Below are positions 1-8,420 of a DNA stretch of 64,000 bases, in pieces. The stretch comes from Vicinamibacteria bacterium. Lineage in GTDB: Bacteria; Acidobacteriota; Vicinamibacteria; Marinacidobacterales; Marinacidobacteraceae. Position numbers and translations under genes: made by a program. Location: the NCBI GenBank assembly GCA_964291235.2, contig OZ219816.1:1920001-1984000 (forward strand). The letters run 5' to 3'. A model generated the notes under the pieces. That model searched no databases and was not told the DNA's origin. It worked only from the letters and a program-made list of their open reading frames with translations. The first letter of the stretch is position 1. Each line of letters begins with the position of its first letter.

Positions 1-759
1 GTCCACCGGGCAGTCGCGGTCGCCGCCGTACCAGACCCGCGCCCGGGCGGCCAGCAAGTCCTGCATGGGTTGGTCTCCCACGGACACCGCCCAGTCGTGG
101 ATCAGGCCGGCCGAGAACGCGGTCTGCTTGTGCTCCCCGACCCGGACCGGATGCTCCAGTTTCTCGAAGAACTCCGCCAGCCGCTCGACCCCGTTGGCGG
201 TCAGCGGCGCGAGCGTCTCGCGCCAGCGGGCCGCCCGGTTCCGGTCGTCCTCCCCTGCCGCCGTATCGGAACTCCATTCGTGAAGCTCGGCGTCGAGCTG
301 GAGCAGCCAGGCAAGGCCGTAGGGACGCTCGAAACCGCGCCGGCCCTCCTTCGAAACGAAGGTCAGTTCGGCGGCGACCCGCTCCTCGGCGAGGTTGTGA
401 TCGAGCGCCGCACGGGCGCCCGGAGCGAATTCGGCGCCGGGGAACCGGCGGGTCAGCCGGGCCAGAAGCCAGTGTCCGTGCACCGCGGAATGCCAGTCGT
501 AGCAGCCGTAGAAGACCGGAGTGAGATCCCGGGGCAGGCCCAGATCGTCGTCGCTTTCGAGGCGCAGGCGCAGGCCGTACGGATACTCCTTGAGCACGCA
601 GTCGAGGGCGAGCGCCGCGAAGGCGGCCGCGCCGCTCTCGTCAATTGCCGGAGGCGTCAAGTCCACGGGAGGCGCCCGATCGCCGCTTCCACAGGCCGCC
701 GCCAACCCGCTGGCGAGCGCCAGGGCGGCGAACCGCTGTCTCGAGCCGTCGTGAACCAT
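1..759 (-). CDS. DUF2891 family lipoprotein, truncated at window edge
   Basis: Not in the ORF track because it has no stop in the window. Manual translation from ATG 759 (GGAGG upstream) gives MVHDGSRQRFAALALASGLAAAC (lipobox), FYGCYDWHSAVHGHWLL, FERPYGLAWLLQL and GEHKQTAF, typical DUF2891 motifs. Frame open to base 1. Confidence 0.85.
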   Translation of the reverse strand, partial: MVHDGSRQRFAALALASGLAAACGSGDRAPPVDLTPPAIDESGAAAFAALALDCVLKEYPYGLRLRLESDDDLGLPRDLTPVFYGCYDWHSAVHGHWLLARLTRRFPGAEFAPGARAALDHNLAEERVAAELTFVSKEGRRGFERPYGLAWLLQLDAELHEWSSDTAAGEDDRNRAARWRETLAPLTANGVERLAEFFEKLEHPVRVGEHKQTAFSAGLIHDWAVSVGDQPMQDLLAARARVWYGGDRDCPVD

Positions 760-781
760 CGCATTCCTCCTGCCTCCGCGG

Positions 782-1456
782 TCAGAGTTTGCGGGCCTGA
801 CTCACCAGCCGGTCGGCGCGGCGAACGGGCTCCGGAAGACGAAATCCTATGGCGCAGGCGAGTACCAGAGTTTCCGCAGTCGCCAGATCGATTCGATGGC
901 CAATGCTCACGAACACCGGGCGCACCCGTTCCCGGGTGCGGAGGACCGTGCCGACCCGCTCTCCGCGATGCTCGAGGGGCCCCTTCGAACCCCGCGACGG
1001 AGCAATCTCCGGGTGCTCGCCGACCAGGACGCTCTTCGCACAGCCGATGGCGGGGACTCCGGTCAGGACGCCGAGATGGCACGCGAGCCCGAACCGGCGC
1101 GGGTGGGCGAGCCCGTGGCCATCGCAGAACAGGGCATCCACCGGCGTGTTCAATTCCGCGAACGCCGCCAGCACCGCCGGGGCCTCTCGGAAGGACAGGA
1201 GACCCGGGACGTAGGGGAAGGTCAGCGGGCGGCGCGCCACCCGCTCCTCGACCACCCGGCGTTCCGCGACCGACCACGCCACCGCCGCGGCCACGCACTC
1301 CCTGCCCCCCTTCGGGAAAGCGGCATCCAGTCCCGCCACGATCCGCGGATCGAATCCCGACGGCGTCTCCGCCTCCACCAACTCGGCGAGTTCCCGCTGC
1401 AGGGAGGCGGCCTCGCGGGGAGAGACGTTCCACGGGTGGGCGAGGAGTGGCTTCAC
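782..1456 (-). CDS. nfi: Endonuclease V (deoxyinosine 3' endonuclease)
   Basis: FPYVPGLLSFRE wedge motif, FCDGHGLAHPRRFGLACHLG, IGCAKS, VSIGHRI, RLPEPVRRAD. Confidence 0.95.
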   Translation of the reverse strand: MKPLLAHPWNVSPREAASLQRELAELVEAETPSGFDPRIVAGLDAAFPKGGRECVAAAVAWSVAERRVVEERVARRPLTFPYVPGLLSFREAPAVLAAFAELNTPVDALFCDGHGLAHPRRFGLACHLGVLTGVPAIGCAKSVLVGEHPEIAPSRGSKGPLEHRGERVGTVLRTRERVRPVFVSIGHRIDLATAETLVLACAIGFRLPEPVRRADRLVSQARKL

Positions 1457-1575
1457 GGGAGCTCAGATGTAGCACACCGCATGACAAGCACAACCCGGAA
1501 CACCGCCGCGTCGCGCGTCATCGGACCGGGTGTGACGTACAGCTTCATCACGAACGGACGCCCCGTGGCGGGCAG

Positions 1576-1608
1576 CCTCCGGACGGGGAAGGAACTCCCG
1601 TCCGGAGG
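1576..1608. terminator. 12-bp perfect hairpin just downstream of the DUF547 gene; possible terminator or processing stem
   Basis: cctccggacggg (1576-1587) pairs with cccgtccggagg (1597-1608); no U-tract on the minus strand. Confidence 0.35.
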
Positions 1609-1624
1609 GGGAAGAACCTCGACG

Positions 1625-2494
1625 TCAGCGGACGTCGTTGAGGTCCCAGTCGTATTCGTAGTCGAAGCCGCCTTCGAAGCTCTTGAGCTGTTCCGCGAGT
1701 TCGGGCTCCGCGTAACGGAGCAGGTGTTCGACAACACCCGCTTCGCTTCCCCCGAAATCCTCCTGGAACCAGGTATAGATGCTGGAGACAACCCCAGACA
1801 TCTCGTCCATGAGTTCGACTCCCCGCGGGTGGTTGATGTAACCCCGGGCGGCCGCATCCATCATTGCCTCGAGATCCGCCGCGGTGAATACCCTGGGAGC
1901 CAGGTTCGGACACCCGATGCTCGCGCAATTCACCGCGTAGTGAATGCGCGGATCCCGCCAGAGCGCCCGCAGGATGTCGTGCTCCATGTTGTCGAGCGTG
2001 AGCCGCTGTCCGGCGACGGTGGCGCGCCGGTCGCCCCAGGGGCCGGAAAGCGGCACGATGCCGTCGTGGATGTTCTTGATGGAGTCCACGGGATAGTCCT
2101 CGACGACGGTCTCCACGGTGAGCGCGTTGTAGAAGTTGATCCAGTACGCCATCTGCTCGTCGCGCGAGTAGAGGCGCGGATCCACCGCCTCCAGATGCGC
2201 AAGGTAATCCTGGAGACGGCCGCGGTCGACTGCGTTCGCCTTGAGGCCGCCGTAGTCGAACAAATGGACCCCTGAGGGATCGTCGGTGTGCAGATAGCCG
2301 TCCAGAATCGCCTGCCACTCGCGGTGATCGATCGTTTCGGAGTTCTGGTTGTCGTGCTCCGCCCAGGAAACCAGCACCTCCGGCCCGTTCGATGCGCAGT
2401 TGCTGGCTCCGAGCCAGCCCCCTGCCGCGAGAACCGCCACGGCGGTGAGGACGGGCCTCCGATGCCCGCTTCGGGTCGTTTTTTCGCTCTTCAT
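1625..2494 (-). CDS. DUF547 domain exported protein
   Basis: AYWINFYNALT, LTLDNMEHDILR, DPRIHYAVNCASIGCPNL, YEYDWDLN; N-terminal signal-like segment; ATGA overlap with the upstream glycosyltransferase. Confidence 0.9.
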   Translation of the reverse strand: MKSEKTTRSGHRRPVLTAVAVLAAGGWLGASNCASNGPEVLVSWAEHDNQNSETIDHREWQAILDGYLHTDDPSGVHLFDYGGLKANAVDRGRLQDYLAHLEAVDPRLYSRDEQMAYWINFYNALTVETVVEDYPVDSIKNIHDGIVPLSGPWGDRRATVAGQRLTLDNMEHDILRALWRDPRIHYAVNCASIGCPNLAPRVFTAADLEAMMDAAARGYINHPRGVELMDEMSGVVSSIYTWFQEDFGGSEAGVVEHLLRYAEPELAEQLKSFEGGFDYEYDWDLNDVR

Positions 2495-3252
2495 GAGCCA
2501 TCTACCTCCTTCCTCCGGCCTGTCCGGAGGACCCGGGATTTCTGTTCTACGTATAGCCTAGCGATCATCGCGAGGATGCCCGCGCTCGCGCCCACCACCC
2601 CGCGGATCGTGCCGCCGACCTTCGATCGTCCGTAACGTCGCTTCCGGGTGTCCACGGGCGTCTCGACGATTTCGAGACCGTGCTGGATCGCCTTGATCTG
2701 CATCTCGACGGTCCACCCATAGGCCCGGTTCTCCATCGAGATCCGGCGTAACGATGCGGACCGGATGGCCCGGTAGGGGCCGAGGTCGCTGATTCGCTGC
2801 CCCCAGAGGACGCGAATCAGAAGCGCGGCCACCTGGTTTCCGGCGACCTGCGGAGCGGAAAGCGCCCCCGGCTCGGCGTGGCCGTGCACCCGCGATCCGA
2901 TCGCGAGATCCGCCCCCCCGGCAACCTGCGCGAGGAGGCGCGGCGCCTGCGCGGCGTCGAACGATCCATCTCCATCGGTGAACAGGACCACGTCCACGGG
3001 CGAAAGCGACGCCAGCGCCGTCAAACAGGCGACTCCGTACCCGGGCCGATCCTGATACACCACCCGGGCGCCGGCTTCCCGCGCCCGGAGCGTGGTTTCG
3101 TCGCGCGATCCGTTGTCGCAGACCACGAGGTCGTCGATCAGCCGCGCGCCCGCTTCGTCCCTTAGCGCGAGGAGTTCCCGAACGACCGGACCGATGTTCT
3201 GCTCCTCATCCCGCGCGGGGACGACGACGCCGACCTTCAGGCCTCGATACAC
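2491..3252 (-). CDS. Glycosyltransferase family 2
   Basis: VVVPARDEE, VCDNGSRDET, GYGVAC, FTDGDGS (DxD), DLGPYRAI, YGWTVEMQ, SKVGGT. Confidence 0.92.
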   Translation of the reverse strand: MYRGLKVGVVVPARDEEQNIGPVVRELLALRDEAGARLIDDLVVCDNGSRDETTLRAREAGARVVYQDRPGYGVACLTALASLSPVDVVLFTDGDGSFDAAQAPRLLAQVAGGADLAIGSRVHGHAEPGALSAPQVAGNQVAALLIRVLWGQRISDLGPYRAIRSASLRRISMENRAYGWTVEMQIKAIQHGLEIVETPVDTRKRRYGRSKVGGTIRGVVGASAGILAMIARLYVEQKSRVLRTGRRKEVDGS

Positions 3253-3421
3253 GCAGGTCTGTCCTTCACGGCTTCGGTTCGCCGGCGACGCCGGTTCTCA
3301 GCGCGAGCGGGGCAGCTCGGGTCGAGCGCGGCGCACGCGAGCCCGACCGCATCCACCCAGCGGGAGCGGAAGAAAGCGCCCGTCCCTTCCCACCGGATCC
3401 GCGTTCGCTCCGGCCTCGCGA

Positions 3422-3820
3422 TCACGTCGGCGATTCCCCGTCCGGAAAGAAGAACGCGTCCGTATCGGACGGCTCGAAGAGACACCGATCGAGACGTACC
3501 CGGCCGCGATCGTCAAACGGGACTCTTTCCCGGACGAGGAGCGCCCGCTGCCGGCCGGGCTCGCAGTTCCCGCTCAGTTCGGCAGAAAGCAATCCCTCCG
3601 CATTCACCACCCGGTGCCAGGGAACGCCTTCGGGGGAATTTCGGAGCGCCCAGCCGGCCGCCCGGGCGGAGAGCGGATACCCGGCCGCGGTCACCGCCCG
3701 CGCCACCCGGCCGTAGGTGGTCACCCGGCCGGCGGGGACTTGCCGCACGACGGCGTGAACCCTGCGGAACTTGCCCTCGCTTCCCGGAGCGGAAAACGGA
3801 GCCGGCGGGAGAAGCGGCAT
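3422..3820 (-). CDS. Alkyltransferase-like (ATL/YbaZ-type) O6-alkylguanine-binding protein
   Basis: VPAGRVTTYGRVA, ARAAGWAL, PWHRVVN (Trp in place of the catalytic Cys of the MGMT PCHR motif), QRALLVRERV. Start at ATG 3820 is uncertain. Confidence 0.85.
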   Translation of the reverse strand: MPLLPPAPFSAPGSEGKFRRVHAVVRQVPAGRVTTYGRVARAVTAAGYPLSARAAGWALRNSPEGVPWHRVVNAEGLLSAELSGNCEPGRQRALLVRERVPFDDRGRVRLDRCLFEPSDTDAFFFPDGESPT

Positions 3821-3972
3821 CACCGGGGACGGGCCGGGGACCCTGGTCGGGAAACGTCGCGGCGGGAGCAAATGTGGTACAAGCGGGGGTCGTCCGTTCC
3901 GCCGGCCGAGGGCAGCCATCCGATCCTATCCTGCGGAAGGCGCGGCGCCGCACGGCGCCCGGAGGCTCGACC

Positions 3973-5913
3973 ATGACCCCGCCCCAGAAGATGCATCGCC
4001 CGTTCGGAGCCGGCGTCAGCCGCCGTGACTTCCTGTCCGGAGTACCGGTGGCGCTGACCGGAGCGGCGCTTGCCTGCCGCGAGGTCCCGGAGTTCCAGTC
4101 CGAGATCGACCGCGCCGGCGAGGCCAACTACCCGCCGCTCCGCACCGGGATGCGCGGGTCGCACGACGGCTCCTTCGAAGTCGGGCACCAGATGGCGCAC
4201 GAGGGACGCGAATGGCCGCCCACCGACACCGGGGAAAGCTACGACCTCGTGGTGGTGGGTGCCGGGATCTCCGGACTCTCCGCCGCCCACTACTTTCGTA
4301 AGCAGGCTGGCCCGGACGCCCGCATCCTGCTCCTCGACAACCACGACGACTTCGGCGGCCACGCCAAGCGCAACGAATTCCGGCTCGACGGCCGGACCTA
4401 CCTGATGAATGGCGGGACTCTGAACGTGGAGGCGCCGTCCCAGTACGGGGAGATCGCCGAAGGCCTGCTCAAGGAGATCGGGATCGACCGAACGCGCTAC
4501 TACGAGAGCATCAGCGCCGTCTCCGACACCTATGGAAGCCTGGGCCTCCAGCGGGCCATGTTCTTCGACCGCGAGACCTTCGGGGCGGACCAACTGGTCG
4601 CCGGGATCGGCAGGCGGCCGCTCGGGGAGTTCCTCGCCGACTCCCCGATGCCCGAGGCGGTGCGGAACGACCTGATCCGGCTGCACGCGGACGACCAGCC
4701 GGACTATCTCCCGGACCTCTCACCGGAGGAAAAGAAGGCGTACCTGGCCACCATCAGTTACAAGGACTTCCTGATCGAGCACGCCAAGTGCGATCCGGGG
4801 GTGGTCTGGTTCTTCGACCATCGGCCGAAGGGTCTCTTCTGCACCGGGATCGACGCCTACCCGGCGCGCTACGCCTGGGAGGAGGGTTTGCCGGGATTCT
4901 CGGGAATGGAGATTCCCCAGACGCCGCCGGATGTCCTCGCCGACGAGCCGGGCGGTCAGCACGGGCGGGAAAACCAGGCCCGGGCCGAAAAGGGCGATCC
5001 CGATCTCTACTTCCCGGACGGCAACGCCACGATCACCCGGTTGCTCGTCCGCGGGCTCATTCCGAGCGCCATCCCCGGCTCGACCATGGAAGACGTGGTC
5101 ATGGCGCCGCTGGACTACGGGATGCTGGACCAGGCCGGCAATTCGACCCGGATTCGGCTCTCCTCGACCGTGATCCGCGTCGAACCGGGCGAGGCCGGCC
5201 CGGCCCGCATCACGTACGTGCACGGCGACCAGGGGCACACGGTCGCCGCCGGGCGCGTCGTCCTGGCCTGCTGGCACAACATCATTCCCTACCTCGTTCC
5301 CGAACTGCCGAAGGCGCAGCGGGACGCCCTGTCGTGGCCGGTCAAGTCGCCGCTGCAGTACACGAGCGTCCTGCTCCGCAACTGGCGGGCATTCACCGAG
5401 GCGGGCGTCTCTTCGATTGCCGCGCCTGGCGGGTACCACACCTCGATCGGGCTGGCCCCTCAGCTGGCGCTCGGCGACTACCGCACCTCCACCTCTCCTG
5501 ACGAGCCGCTGGTAGTGCGGATGAACCGCTATCCCTGCGAGCCCGGGCTCTCGCGCCGGGAGCAGCACCAGATCGGCCGGATGGAACTCCTCCACACCAC
5601 CTTCGAAACGGTGGAGGCGAATATCCGCGACCAGCTCAACCGGATGCTCGGCCGGAGCGGCTTCGACGACCAGCGCGACATCGCCGCGATCACGGTCAAC
5701 CGCTGGCCGCACGGCTACACGTATTCCTACAACCCGATGTTCGATCCCCCGGAATGGGCTTTCGAGGCCGGCGACGACCGCCCGCACGTCTCCGCCCGGC
5801 AACCGTTCGGACGAATCGCCATCGCGGGCACCGACTCCGCCGGCAGCCCGCATAGCGACGCGGCGATCCGGGAGGCGCACCGGGCGGTCGGAGAGATCCT
5901 CGCCGCGGACTGA
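3973..5913 (+). CDS. Tat-exported FAD oxidoreductase, spermidine dehydrogenase SpdH-like
   Basis: GGAGG at 3961, SRRDFL Tat motif, YPPLRTGMRGSHDGSFEVGH, VVGAGISG FAD motif, DNHDDFGGHAKRNEF, FPDGNA, ITVNRWPHGY. Confidence 0.85.
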   Translation: MTPPQKMHRPFGAGVSRRDFLSGVPVALTGAALACREVPEFQSEIDRAGEANYPPLRTGMRGSHDGSFEVGHQMAHEGREWPPTDTGESYDLVVVGAGISGLSAAHYFRKQAGPDARILLLDNHDDFGGHAKRNEFRLDGRTYLMNGGTLNVEAPSQYGEIAEGLLKEIGIDRTRYYESISAVSDTYGSLGLQRAMFFDRETFGADQLVAGIGRRPLGEFLADSPMPEAVRNDLIRLHADDQPDYLPDLSPEEKKAYLATISYKDFLIEHAKCDPGVVWFFDHRPKGLFCTGIDAYPARYAWEEGLPGFSGMEIPQTPPDVLADEPGGQHGRENQARAEKGDPDLYFPDGNATITRLLVRGLIPSAIPGSTMEDVVMAPLDYGMLDQAGNSTRIRLSSTVIRVEPGEAGPARITYVHGDQGHTVAAGRVVLACWHNIIPYLVPELPKAQRDALSWPVKSPLQYTSVLLRNWRAFTEAGVSSIAAPGGYHTSIGLAPQLALGDYRTSTSPDEPLVVRMNRYPCEPGLSRREQHQIGRMELLHTTFETVEANIRDQLNRMLGRSGFDDQRDIAAITVNRWPHGYTYSYNPMFDPPEWAFEAGDDRPHVSARQPFGRIAIAGTDSAGSPHSDAAIREAHRAVGEILAAD

Positions 5914-5932
5914 CGGACGGTCTGGAGACAAC

Positions 5933-6262
5933 GTGGAAAGTGACCTGATCCTCTACGGCGTTCCGTTACTTGTCCTGGTGGTGTCCGCTCCGATGACCCT
6001 GGGCATCGTCCCCCCCAACCGGATCTACGGTTTCCGGACGGAAGAGACCCTCTCATCTCCGGAGGTCTGGTATCCGGCCAATCGGGCGTGTGGGTGGTTC
6101 ATGGTTGCCGCCGCGGCCGTCTCCGTCTGCTTCAACCTGGCCTTGTCGTCGGCCTTTCCGGAATGGCCGCTGGAACGGCTGAGGCCGTGGATGGTGGGCG
6201 GAAACGTCGTACCGCTGCTGGCGGGAGCCGCCGCGTCCTACGTTTACCTCCGCCGGCTCTGA
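5933..6262 (+). CDS. SdpI/YhfL family small membrane protein
   Basis: PPNRIYGFRT...W..ANR motif, three hydrophobic segments, GGAG before the GTG start. Confidence 0.8.
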   Translation: MESDLILYGVPLLVLVVSAPMTLGIVPPNRIYGFRTEETLSSPEVWYPANRACGWFMVAAAAVSVCFNLALSSAFPEWPLERLRPWMVGGNVVPLLAGAAASYVYLRRL

Positions 6263-6309
6263 GGAAACGACCCAAGGACCGTACCGCCGACGGATGGACA
6301 CCTGCTGAC

Positions 6310-6984
6310 GTGACGTTCGAGGCCCGGGTGAGGACCGCCATCCTGGGGGTCTTCGCCGAGACCGGGGTCGCACCGGCCCCAGACGGGATCGCCGAGCGGC
6401 TGGGATCGGACGTCGCCGCCGTCCGGGCGGCCTGGGGCCGCCTCCGGGAGGGCCGCGCCATCGTCACCGGCAAGGATGGGGTCTCCATCCGGATGGCGAA
6501 CCCCTTCTCCGGGATTCCCACCGAGCACACCTTCGAATCGGGGGGCGTCCGCTACTACGCGAACTGCGCGTGGGACGCCCTCGGCATCCCAGCGGCGCTC
6601 GGCCTGGGAGGGACCGTCTCGTCGCGCTGCGCGAACTCCGGAGAACCGCTGTGGCTCGAAGTTACGGACGACGGTCCGGGCCCCTGCGGCTGGTTCTTCC
6701 ACTCGCTGGTGCCGGCGGCCCACTGGTGGGACGACATCGTCTTCACTTGAGCGAACATGCTGTTCTTCCGGTCGGAAGACGACCTCCGGGCCTGGTGCGG
6801 CGAGCGCGGCGTGGAGCCGGGACCGAGGGTGCCGGTGCCCCAGCTCTGGAACCTTTCGAAGGTCTGGTACGGAGACCGGCTCGACCCCGAGGCGCCCCGC
6901 CCCACACCCGTAGAGGCCCGCGCTATCTTCGCGGGCGTGGGACTGACCGGCGCCTTCTGGGACCCGGTTTCCCGTCAGGAGTAA
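6310..6984 (+). CDS. MerB-like organomercurial/organometallic lyase, probable selenoprotein (UGA at 6748-6750 read as Sec)
   Basis: N-terminal wHTH-like region, MANPFSGIPT, ANCAWDALGI (Cys-x2-Asp), then WWDDIVFT-UGA-ANMLFFRSE continuing in frame into ORF 6757-6984; SECIS-like hairpin directly after the UGA. GTG start at 6310 is uncertain. Confidence 0.85.
6762..6780 (+). promoter_or_regulatory. Bacterial SECIS-like element
   Basis: TCTTCC (6764-6769) pairs with GGAAGA (6774-6779) around a GGTC loop (6770-6773); G6762-C6780 closes across a bulged U; loop starts 19 nt after the UGA. Confidence 0.8.
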
Positions 6985-6987
6985 GCC

Positions 6988-8346
6988 ATGACCGACAAGC
7001 GGACCGACAAGCGATCCGGGTTGACCCGAAGGCAACTGCTGGCTGCCGGCGCGGGCGCCGCCGCCGCCGGCCCCGCGCTCGCGGGCGTTCAGGCGGCGGC
7101 AGCGAGTCTGCTAACCGCGCCCGGGATCCCGAACGTCCGCATCGGGTTCGTGGGAGTCGGCGGCATGGGCACCGTCCACGTCCGGAACCTGCTCGCGGTG
7201 GGGAAGGCGTCCCCCGGGGTGGAGATCCGGGCGGTCTGCGACGTCCGGCCCGAGCACGCCGAGCGGGCTCGGGACTTCGTGCGAGAGGCCGGGGGCCCCG
7301 ACCCGACGCTCTACACCCGGGGAGAACGGGACTACGAGCGGATGTGCGCCGAGGAGGACCTCGACCTCGTCTTCACCGCCACTCCCTGGCGCTTCCACGT
7401 CCCGGTATGCGTCGCCGCCATGGAACACGGCAAGCACGCCGCCACCGAGGTGCCGGCCGCCACCACCCTCGACGAATGCTGGCAACTCGTGGAGACCGCG
7501 GAGCGGACCGGCCGCCATTGCGTGATGATGGAGAACTGCAACTACGGCCGGTGGGAGATGATGGTGTTCCACCTGGTCCGGCTGGGGATGTTCGGCGAAG
7601 TGCTCCACGCCGAAGGCGGCTATCTCCACGACCTCCGCGAGGTGAAGTTCGCAAACCGCGGGGAGGGTCTTTGGCGGCGCGCCCACTCCCGTACGCGGGA
7701 CGCGAACCTCTACCCGACACACGGCCTCGGCCCGGTGGCGAACTGCATGGACATCGGCCGCGGCGACCGATTCGACTACCTGGTCTCGATGAGCGGCCCG
7801 TCGCGCGGGCTACAGGACTACGCGCGGGAGCACTTCCCCGAGGGAGCGCCGCAGCGGGCCGAGGAGTTCCGGCTCGGCGACGTGAACCTGAGCCTGATCA
7901 AGACGGCCCGGGGCCGGACGATCACCGTGGTCCACGACACGAACCTGCCCCGGCCGTACAGCCGGATCAACCTGGTCCAGGGCACCCGAGGCATCTTCCA
8001 GGGCTACCCGAACCGGGTGTACGTCGAGGGTAAGAGCGAGTCGCACCGCTGGGACGACGCCGAGACCTGGCGCGCGGAATACGAGCACCCGCTCTGGCGA
8101 AACGTCGCGAGCCCCGGCGAGGAACTCGGGCACGGGCGGATGGACTACCTCGAGGACTACCGGCTGATCCGTTGCCTCCAGGAGGGGTTGCCCACCGAGA
8201 TGAACGTCTATGACGCGGCGGCGCTCTCGGCGGTCACCGACCTGAGCGAGCGGTCCGTGGCGGACCGGAGCCGGCCGATGGACTTCCCGGACTTCACCCG
8301 GGGCGGGTGGAAGACGTTCCCGAAGCTTCCGGTGGTCACGAACTAA
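6988..8346 (+). CDS. Tat-exported Gfo/Idh/MocA oxidoreductase, GH109 alpha-N-acetylgalactosaminidase-like
   Basis: TRRQLL Tat motif, IGFVGVGGMG, ATPWRFH, TEVPAA, MMENCNY, GGYLHDLR, LYPTHGLGP, PRPYSR, GHGRMD. Confidence 0.88.
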   Translation: MTDKRTDKRSGLTRRQLLAAGAGAAAAGPALAGVQAAAASLLTAPGIPNVRIGFVGVGGMGTVHVRNLLAVGKASPGVEIRAVCDVRPEHAERARDFVREAGGPDPTLYTRGERDYERMCAEEDLDLVFTATPWRFHVPVCVAAMEHGKHAATEVPAATTLDECWQLVETAERTGRHCVMMENCNYGRWEMMVFHLVRLGMFGEVLHAEGGYLHDLREVKFANRGEGLWRRAHSRTRDANLYPTHGLGPVANCMDIGRGDRFDYLVSMSGPSRGLQDYAREHFPEGAPQRAEEFRLGDVNLSLIKTARGRTITVVHDTNLPRPYSRINLVQGTRGIFQGYPNRVYVEGKSESHRWDDAETWRAEYEHPLWRNVASPGEELGHGRMDYLEDYRLIRCLQEGLPTEMNVYDAAALSAVTDLSERSVADRSRPMDFPDFTRGGWKTFPKLPVVTN

Positions 8347-8420
8347 CCCGGCGGCCCATCGTCAAATAGACACCAGTCGTTCCAACCAACCGGAAAAGAC
8401 GTCGCTTCGGGGGCCGGACC

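Noticed and set aside
70-1641. Long alternative-frame and antisense ORFs, also 896-2275, 13225-14754, 17953-20793, 37356-39422, 52407-54587 and 61422-63830
   Set aside because: Shadow ORFs expected at high GC; they overlap well-supported genes and show no family motifs
6088-6984. Treating the MerB-like locus as two genes or as a nonsense pseudogene
   Set aside because: The stop is UGA, sits on the catalytic Cys column, is followed by a SECIS-like hairpin, and both halves are otherwise intact; no RBS precedes ATG 6757
6988-7015. Short duplications: TDKR-TDKR here, a 15-nt repeat near 12284-12316, a 13-nt repeat near 19409-19449 and the Pro-rich HemW N-terminus
   Set aside because: Two-copy slippage-type repeats with no spacer structure; not CRISPR and no function evident
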